DNA of 64,000 bases from Candidatus Latescibacterota bacterium. GTDB taxonomy: Bacteria > Latescibacterota > UBA2968 > UBA8231. Below, one piece after another: positions 57,781 to 64,000 of this stretch (the stretch's first letter is position 1; every line of letters starts with the position of its first letter). The notes beneath the pieces are model-generated. The model ran no database searches and had not been told where the DNA came from. It saw nothing but the letters and a program-made list of their open reading frames with translations. The position numbers were made by a program, and so were the translations under genes. The DNA lies in the NCBI GenBank assembly GCA_965248355.1, contig OZ252098.1, forward strand, positions 4,192,001-4,256,000. Reading direction: 5' to 3'.

Positions 57781-57951
57781 GAGGCATCGACCCACCCGTG
57801 CGGCCGGGGCCGGAGGCGGGTCGAGAGGGCAGGTTGGGCCGCGAACTCGAACTGCGCCTGCGGCGGGACCCCGTCTATCCCGATGGCCGCAGAGTGGCGC
57901 GCTCGAATCGCATGCCGCCGTGGGCGGCTCCGCCAACCGGCTTCGCCGGCA
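57781..57951 (+). repeat. Diverged ~170-bp direct repeat, copy 1
   Basis: Blocks CCCACCCGT, GCCGGAGGCGGGTCGAGAGG, GCGAACTCGAAC, GGCGGCTCCGC, AACCGGCT recur in the same order at 59848-60021. Confidence 0.8.
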
Positions 57952-58020
57952 CGGCTGCCCCTTCTCGAGTAGTGCCAAGGGGCGAGCAGGAGATGGCTCG
58001 TCCCATCCGAATCATTCCAC

Positions 58021-58059
58021 TTGACAGCCCGCGGCAAGATCGTTACCCTATGCGTAACG
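58021..58059 (+). promoter_or_regulatory. Sigma70-like promoter with overlapping palindromic operator
   Basis: TTGACA-N17-TACCCT; CGTTAC-N7-GTAACG (58041-58059) overlaps the -10 box. Confidence 0.55.
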
Positions 58060-58101
58060 CTTTTGATCCCTTCTGCGAAACGCGTTGCGAAAGGCAGGCA
58101 A

Positions 58102-58227
58102 ATGCCAACTACTCCAAGAGATTCCGTCACCTATGACCTCAAGCAAGGCCGCAGAGTCGCTTATCGTGGAACAACCAACGATCCGGATAGACGAGAGCAG
58201 GAACACAACGAGGACCAAGACGGCTGA
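58102..58227 (+). pseudogene. Small GIY-YIG-like nuclease fragment
   Basis: TYDLKQGRRVAYRGTTNDPDRREQEH matches the Y-x9-Y.G.T....R...H pattern; only 41 aa. Confidence 0.55.
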
Positions 58228-58302
58228 TTCCTGCCTACTCACATGGTCTGCCGAGTCTACCTTGCGTGCATACTGGCATGATCGTGCGGGAGGCTTCTCC
58301 CT

Positions 58303-58638
58303 TTGGAAATCGCATTCAAGACCGGAACGCTGGAGAAGACCTTCAATAAGGAGAAGGCCCTAAAAAGGAAGTACGGCGTCAGAGCTGCCAAGGCCATAAT
58401 GATGCGACTTGCCCTCCTCAAGAACGCCCCATCCCTGTCCCTTGTACCCGTCACTCCTCCCGAGAGACGTCACCAACTAATAGGGAACCGCAAGGGACAG
58501 TATGCGGTGGATCTCAATCAGTCTCTTAGACTGATCTTTGAGCCAAATCACGACCCGGTTCCTAGTCTTGCGGATGGAGGCATCGACCTTGAACGTGTGA
58601 CCGCTATCACGGTCATTGACGTGTTCGACTATCACTGA
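58303..58638 (+). CDS. higB: HigB-like (RelE/ParE superfamily) toxin
   Basis: MEIAFKT..LEK, RHQLIGNRKGQYAVDL, RLIFEP, DYH C-terminus; toxin-first order. Confidence 0.88.
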   Translation: MEIAFKTGTLEKTFNKEKALKRKYGVRAAKAIMMRLALLKNAPSLSLVPVTPPERRHQLIGNRKGQYAVDLNQSLRLIFEPNHDPVPSLADGGIDLERVTAITVIDVFDYH

Positions 58639-58654
58639 GTGAGGACAGGAGACA

Positions 58655-59743
58655 GTGACGGTGACCAACCAGTACCAACCCGACTATGCCGTGCCGCCCG
58701 GATGGCTCCTTGAGGAAAGGCTCTCCGAGCAGGCAATCTCCCACGCTGAGTTCGCTCGAAGGTGCGGCCGCTCGGCAAAGCTCATCAGCGAGATCATCTC
58801 TGGGAAGGCGCCAATCGAGCCGACGACCGCCCTTCAGTTCGAGAAGGTCTTGGGAGTCGATGCTAGTATCTGGCTTGGAATTGAGGCGGACTATCGGTTG
58901 CGCCAGACTCGCGAAGCGGAAATCAAGATTTCACGACAGGCGGCGGCGTGGTCGAAGACCTTCCCTATAGCTCAACTAGTAGAGAGAGAGGTGATTGGTC
59001 AGCCCTCGTCCACTGGCGAGGCAGTGACAAAGCTCCTTTCCTTCTTTGGGGTGGCCTCCATTGAGGCATGGAACAGGAGATATGGCATGAGTCATGTCGC
59101 CTATCGACATTCCGTGAGCTTCCAGAGTAACGAGTCCTCTCTGGCATCTTGGCGGCGGATCGCTGAGATCTACGCAGGAATGCAGAGGTGCCAGGACTAT
59201 GTGGATTCGGCCTTCAGGAAGGCACTAGCCCCGATACGCGCATTAACTCGGGCGCCGGTGGAAGAAGCCCTGGAGAGAGCAGAGGAACACTGCAATAGTG
59301 CTGGCGTTGCTCTAGCCTTGATAAGGCCGTTGCCGAAGGCCCGATTGAGCGGAGCAGCTTGGTGGATTTCGTCCCGCAAACCAGTCATCGCGTTGAGCGC
59401 GCGGCCCAAGACGGACGATCACCTTTGGTTTAGCTTTTTCCATGAGGCAGCCCATATCCTTCTGCATGGCAAGAGGAACGTGTTCGTCGACGATGCCAAC
59501 TACGAGGCGGATGATCTTGAGGCGGAAGCGAACAATTGGGCAGCAGACTTCCTTGTTGCCAAGTCGGACTGGAGACACTTCGTTGCCACAGATGCCTACA
59601 GCCCAATGGATGTTCGCGACTTCGCTGACGAACAGGAAATAGCGCCCGGAATCGTCGTGGGAAGACTCCAGTTTGAAAAGCGGCTACCTTGGAATAGTCG
59701 GCTGAACAAGCTTAAGAAGCAGCTCAAATGGAGTGATGACTAA
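58655..59743 (+). CDS. higA: HigA antitoxin: XRE HTH fused to an ImmA/IrrE-like metallopeptidase domain
   Basis: AVPPGWLLEE, ISEIISGKAPI, TALQFEKVLG, WFSFFHEAAHILLH (HExxH). Confidence 0.88.
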   Translation: MTVTNQYQPDYAVPPGWLLEERLSEQAISHAEFARRCGRSAKLISEIISGKAPIEPTTALQFEKVLGVDASIWLGIEADYRLRQTREAEIKISRQAAAWSKTFPIAQLVEREVIGQPSSTGEAVTKLLSFFGVASIEAWNRRYGMSHVAYRHSVSFQSNESSLASWRRIAEIYAGMQRCQDYVDSAFRKALAPIRALTRAPVEEALERAEEHCNSAGVALALIRPLPKARLSGAAWWISSRKPVIALSARPKTDDHLWFSFFHEAAHILLHGKRNVFVDDANYEADDLEAEANNWAADFLVAKSDWRHFVATDAYSPMDVRDFADEQEIAPGIVVGRLQFEKRLPWNSRLNKLKKQLKWSDD

Positions 59744-59847
59744 GGATGACTGACTCGTCCGCTGATGCACGCGATCTCCTCGGGCGCCTCGAGCCCGACA
59801 TGGCGCGTGAGGAGTGGTCGGACCGCGCATCGGCCGTGAGAGACCGT

Positions 59848-60021
59848 GAGGGCACGCCCACCCGTACGCAGGCGCCGGAGGCGGGTCGAGAGGCAGTCAG
59901 GCGGCGAACTCGAACCGCGGGGGCGGGCCGGTAAACCGACCCCGCTTTCGTCAATCGCCTCAGGGAGGACCGCTCGCATCGCAGTCCGCAGCCGGCGGCT
60001 CCGCAACCGGCTGCGCCGACA
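59848..60021 (+). repeat. Diverged ~170-bp direct repeat, copy 2
   Basis: Colinear similarity to 57781-57951. Confidence 0.8.
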
Positions 60022-60245
60022 TGATGCGGTCCAGGTCCCGGGCCCGGGGGGCTCCAGAACACCTCGGTAGCGTAGGAGATGGGACCGGGGGAGGGACCAG
60101 AGCCGCCAGCTTTTCCGTGAACACGGACGCGCACGGGCATGAACACGATGGGTGGAACTACGACGAATTACAGGCGTGACACGACCTCGAGGTCTGCCGC
60201 CTGCGGGGTTCCCAACCGTGGACCAAACAATCGCCCCGGGGACGT

Positions 60246-61286
60246 TCAGGCAACGTCCGGGCTGGCTATCGCCGCCTCCTCGCCACGGAGCTGTTGAAGG
60301 CCAAAGCTCTCCTGCGGGATGCGCAGTCCTTCAGCCCAGAGTTCGCCCAGCGCGTCGGCGATGCGGGCGGGAAACACCTCGCCGAGACAGGTGGCCAAAC
60401 CGTCCCTGGGCGCCTTGTCCAACGGTCGCCGACAGCCATGCGCCAGCAGCCATCCATAGAGGCCGCAATGGGGTTGCACCAGGATCAGTCCCTCTGCCCG
60501 CCGACGATTGTTGACACCGAGCAGGATGTCGATTCCAGCAGGATCGAGATCACCGACATAGAAGGCGCCATCAGCGGCAGTGCGAGCGATCAGTTCGTCG
60601 AGATTGCCGGCTCCCTGCCTGAACGCATTGCCTCCACCGTAAGCGACTGCGGCGTACAGCGCCGCCTCCCGGTTCCAACGCTGGAAGCTGTCGTAGGAAT
60701 GATAGTTCTCCAGCACAAGCACGGGCCGTCCGGCCGAAGGGCTTTCAGGCGTTTCGTATGGCAACGGTGGTGCGACCGGATAGCAGTGGAGATCGTCGAG
60801 CGAGATACGTCCATCGAACAGGGTTGTTTCACCCTTGCGGATATCGTCGAGCCGCTTCTCGTCCCCGAAGATCTGCAGTGAGCGCTCCCGCGTCGGCACC
60901 GGGCAGAGACTCCTGTCGCGCACGGACACCAAGAACGCGTTGATGGTTTGAAGGTTCTCCCGGCGGACGGGATGGCGCTCGTCCGCCGCGAAAGCAAGAG
61001 CCGGCAGCCAGGCGTGCGCCTCTGGGGTACGCTTGGAGCGTGCCACGTCACGGAGACTCGCAGTCCGTGGAAGTGCGGGAGAGCCGGACGTGTCCCACCT
61101 CGTTCCGAGTGCCGGAAGGTCGGCCACTTCGTCACGCTCCAGCCTGCGCAGCGCGTCGAGGAGAAGCCGGCGCAGGTCCGGCGCATTGAGGGCGTCCGGG
61201 TGGGCGCGAAGATATGCGTCGCGAAGCTCGGGCAAGCGGATCCGGCGCTTGCCGAGGGCGAGGAGCTCTTCTTCGAAGGTGGGCAC
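60246..61286 (-). CDS. jetD: Wadjet JetD-like TOPRIM nuclease (DUF2220-like)
   Basis: RERSLQIFGDEKRL, VLENYHSY, YGGG, YVGDLDPAG (DxD), IPQE; directly downstream of the SMC-like gene. Confidence 0.8.
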   Translation of the reverse strand: MPTFEEELLALGKRRIRLPELRDAYLRAHPDALNAPDLRRLLLDALRRLERDEVADLPALGTRWDTSGSPALPRTASLRDVARSKRTPEAHAWLPALAFAADERHPVRRENLQTINAFLVSVRDRSLCPVPTRERSLQIFGDEKRLDDIRKGETTLFDGRISLDDLHCYPVAPPLPYETPESPSAGRPVLVLENYHSYDSFQRWNREAALYAAVAYGGGNAFRQGAGNLDELIARTAADGAFYVGDLDPAGIDILLGVNNRRRAEGLILVQPHCGLYGWLLAHGCRRPLDKAPRDGLATCLGEVFPARIADALGELWAEGLRIPQESFGLQQLRGEEAAIASPDVA

Positions 61287-61287
61287 G

Positions 61288-63999
61288 CTATTCGGCGGTC
61301 GCCTCGGCGGGCGCGGCCACGGAGGGCTCGGAGTCCGTGTTCCTGTCGATGTGCGCGCGCATGGCCTCTACCTCCACATGGATGCGGCGCGTGGCTTGGG
61401 ACTGCCGAATGCGGCGCAGCCTCACGATGTTCTGGAATGCACCAAGCGCGCTCGTGTCCTGAACGCCGGTCGCGTAGAAGAGCTGGATTCCCATTGCGTC
61501 CGCAAGTCCGATCTGCGTCTTCAACAGCAGCGCCTTGTTGGCCTTTCCCAATGGGTTGTCCAGGATCAGCACGCCGGCTTCTCCCGTGCCTTCGTGCATC
61601 GCGTCCGCGCGCAGCCTCGCGATCACGAGGTAGATCATCATCGCGGCGGTGAGCAGCTCTCCGCCGGAAACGGTCACTCGCTCGATGGGCATGTGCTCGG
61701 TGTCGCCCTCCCCTTTCGGCTTGAGGAGTCGGATGTCCAGCGTGCTCCTGCCGAGGGCCGGCGTCATGTATTCAACCATCTCCGCGGCGATGTCCTGGCC
61801 CCTTTCAGGTACCCGGTCGGCCTCCACCAGATCGGTGATGTAGCTGCGCAGAATCTCCCTGCGTTGCGTAGCTGGGATACGGGAGAGGTCCGCACCGATG
61901 CGGAACACGGACTGGCCGCCGAATCGTGGTACATCGCCCGGAATCCGTCCGTCGCGGACCATGCGGCGCACGATATGCAAGGCCGTACGCAATAGATGGT
62001 CCAGCTCATCGATGCACCCCTGGAGATCGTCGTCGAGTCGTGACAGGTCGTGCTCGATGCTCTTCAGGCGATCGTCGATCAGCGCCGCCGTTCCCGGTGC
62101 GTGGGCAGCGACGTCCAGAGGATCATTTGCGCTCAGGTGCAAGGCGACCTCGCGTTCCTCTTCCAGCCGGCTGAAGGTGGGGGAGTTCATAAACCTCCGG
62201 ATCTCGTCGTAGCTGCCGTAGACCCGCTTGTGCGCTTCGCTCAACGCGGCTCGCGCTCGGCCGAGCCCGGACACGGTGTCGTTGACAACAGTCGCTACCT
62301 TTTGGTGACGCGGGAGTTCGATCCGTTCCGGTGAAGTGGACTCGCCGTGCAGCACGCCATCCAGCGTAGCCGCCCAGTTCATGTACTCCTTTGCGGTGCG
62401 TTCGTTCCGTGCCGCCTCCTGGCGGGTCCGCTCCGCCGCCTGCGCCTCCCGTGTTCCGAGAGCCTCTTGCTGGACGATGGTCTCCTCCGCCCGCGACGCT
62501 ATACCGGCCAAGTCCTCCCGTTCGTGGGCACGGAGATCAATGAAAGCGTCCGGCTTGATCTCAGTAGCGCGCCGGTCTCTCTCGGATAGGTAATCTCTCT
62601 CCGCGCCCATTGCATCGGCGCGGGCGCTCGAAGCACTGGTACGGGCGGTGTCGAGTTCCTCATCGGCGGAGGCGGCAGCCTCTAAAACGCCGTCACGCGC
62701 GGCTTCGGCTTCGACCTTCGTTCGGTCGAGTTCGCCGAACTCCTGTCCGAAGCGGTCTTCCTTCCCGTTCAGAGCCCGTTGGATCTCCTGTAGCTGCCCG
62801 AGCAGATGGTCGACCCGCTCCTGCTCCAGGTTCTTCAACGTATCCAGGTGCTGGCCGTAGTTGCGGCGCAGGGCCTCGAGATCCTCCGATATCCGTCCGC
62901 CGGGTGCCGTGTACTCGATGTCTACGCTCTCGCGTTGCATGTCTGCGGCCCGACTCGCCTCCTCCTTCGCGTCCTGTTCGCAAGTGCGGGCTTCGACCTC
63001 CAGCAAGTCCCGCTTCGCCTGCCACTCCCCGGCGCTCGCCTCGGCGGCGTGCGCCGCTTGCGCGTGGCGAAGGCGCTCCAACTGCCAATCCTCTACGCGC
63101 GACTCCCATTGCGCGTGATGCTCACCGGCACGGCGGGCACGTTCAGAGCAGGCGTGGGCCTGCTTGTCGCATTCGCGTGCACGGTCACGGCAAAGCCTGG
63201 CATCGCCCTCATCGGTTTCGATCCGCTTCGACAGCGCGTCGAGTCCTGCTCCGATTTCCTCGTTGCGCACCTCATTCTTCTTGATGGACTGTCGCACTGC
63301 GTCAAGCCGACCGCCGCCGAACCGTTCGCGCCAGGTTTTCAAATTCTGAAGCGTGGACTCCAACCCCTCCAACCGCCTCCGTACTGCGTCGATCGATTCC
63401 CCGATTCGGGCGAGATCGTCCTCGATGCGCTGTTGCAGCTCTCTTGCGGCCCCTCCGTCGTAGGCGGCCGCGTCGTCGACCGCCAGGACGAACCGATCTC
63501 CCGGGGTCTCTCCGGGTACGTCGCCGGCAATCGCGACGGTCACCGCCCGGCTCAGGGGCGGAGCGGACTTAAGCACCCGGCGCGCCTCGCTCAGCGCCTT
63601 CCGATTGGGGACTGCAACGCCGGCGAAGCGGGCAGGGTCGAGCTCGGCGAAACGGCGCACCTCGTCGGGCGAGCGCAGAATCTCGCACAGGTAGGCGGCA
63701 TAGGGTTGGACGTCCACCATGCCGGAGTCACTGAGCTGCTCGGTGACGGCACGTACATCCTTGTCGATTGAGGCAAGTCCCGTGGCTTCGAGAGACTCGC
63801 GACCGGCTTCGAGCAGCTCTTGGCGCCGCTCGTTATCGCGGAGCGTCGCGGCGCACTCGCCCTTGGCATTCGCAAGCACCCGGTCGACTGCGTCCGAGTC
63901 CGGATCGACTTCGCTCTCGCCGGTCAGCTCGAGAATGGTCGAATCAAAGGCCAGAGAACGGCGTTTCTCCTCGCCTTCCCGAACGGTTTCCTGCAAGGA
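61288..63999 (-). CDS. jetC: SMC-like ATPase (Wadjet JetC-like), 5'-partial
   Basis: Long coiled coil, signature VSGGE, Walker B LILDNPLG, QLFYATG. Confidence 0.8.
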   Translation of the reverse strand, partial: SLQETVREGEEKRRSLAFDSTILELTGESEVDPDSDAVDRVLANAKGECAATLRDNERRQELLEAGRESLEATGLASIDKDVRAVTEQLSDSGMVDVQPYAAYLCEILRSPDEVRRFAELDPARFAGVAVPNRKALSEARRVLKSAPPLSRAVTVAIAGDVPGETPGDRFVLAVDDAAAYDGGAARELQQRIEDDLARIGESIDAVRRRLEGLESTLQNLKTWRERFGGGRLDAVRQSIKKNEVRNEEIGAGLDALSKRIETDEGDARLCRDRARECDKQAHACSERARRAGEHHAQWESRVEDWQLERLRHAQAAHAAEASAGEWQAKRDLLEVEARTCEQDAKEEASRAADMQRESVDIEYTAPGGRISEDLEALRRNYGQHLDTLKNLEQERVDHLLGQLQEIQRALNGKEDRFGQEFGELDRTKVEAEAARDGVLEAAASADEELDTARTSASSARADAMGAERDYLSERDRRATEIKPDAFIDLRAHEREDLAGIASRAEETIVQQEALGTREAQAAERTRQEAARNERTAKEYMNWAATLDGVLHGESTSPERIELPRHQKVATVVNDTVSGLGRARAALSEAHKRVYGSYDEIRRFMNSPTFSRLEEEREVALHLSANDPLDVAAHAPGTAALIDDRLKSIEHDLSRLDDDLQGCIDELDHLLRTALHIVRRMVRDGRIPGDVPRFGGQSVFRIGADLSRIPATQRREILRSYITDLVEADRVPERGQDIAAEMVEYMTPALGRSTLDIRLLKPKGEGDTEHMPIERVTVSGGELLTAAMMIYLVIARLRADAMHEGTGEAGVLILDNPLGKANKALLLKTQIGLADAMGIQLFYATGVQDTSALGAFQNIVRLRRIRQSQATRRIHVEVEAMRAHIDRNTDSEPSVAAPAEATAE

Positions 64000-64000
64000 T

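Noticed and set aside
57631..57972. 113-aa ORF as a functional amidase
   Set aside because: Only about 30 aa of amidase signature; the remainder runs through the non-coding repeat

Overview
GC-rich bacterial chromosomal window. DUF6785/6784-type membrane proteins, a NYPNPFN-type C-terminal sorting domain, YWTD repeats and many Gfo/Idh/MocA and enolase-family paralogues suggest an FCB-group organism such as Latescibacterota, possibly host-associated; this taxonomy is inference. The backbone is catabolic and housekeeping genes: oxidoreductases, TIM-barrel hydrolase-like proteins, three paralogues of an uncharacterised ~650-aa family, enolase-superfamily enzymes, glyA, a xylulokinase and peptidases. 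Accessory elements are: (i) the 3' part of a group II intron inserted inside an oxidoreductase gene (1-746); (ii) a ~8.3 kb tail-less, integrase-less capsid module at 24.6-32.9 kb (Rep-like ORF, repeat- and hairpin-rich region, IS630, terminase, major capsid, prohead protease, portal, secreted protein) resembling a capsid-forming satellite; (iii) IS5 and an IS3 remnant around a frameshifted YWTD-repeat secreted protein; (iv) a DUF4365-like two-gene insert; (v) a HigBA module bracketed by diverged ~170-bp direct repeats, next to the jetC-jetD end of a Wadjet-like system. Several genes carry single-base frameshifts or multiple internal deletions, from genome erosion and/or long-read errors. All family assignments come from motif recognition; no database search was run.
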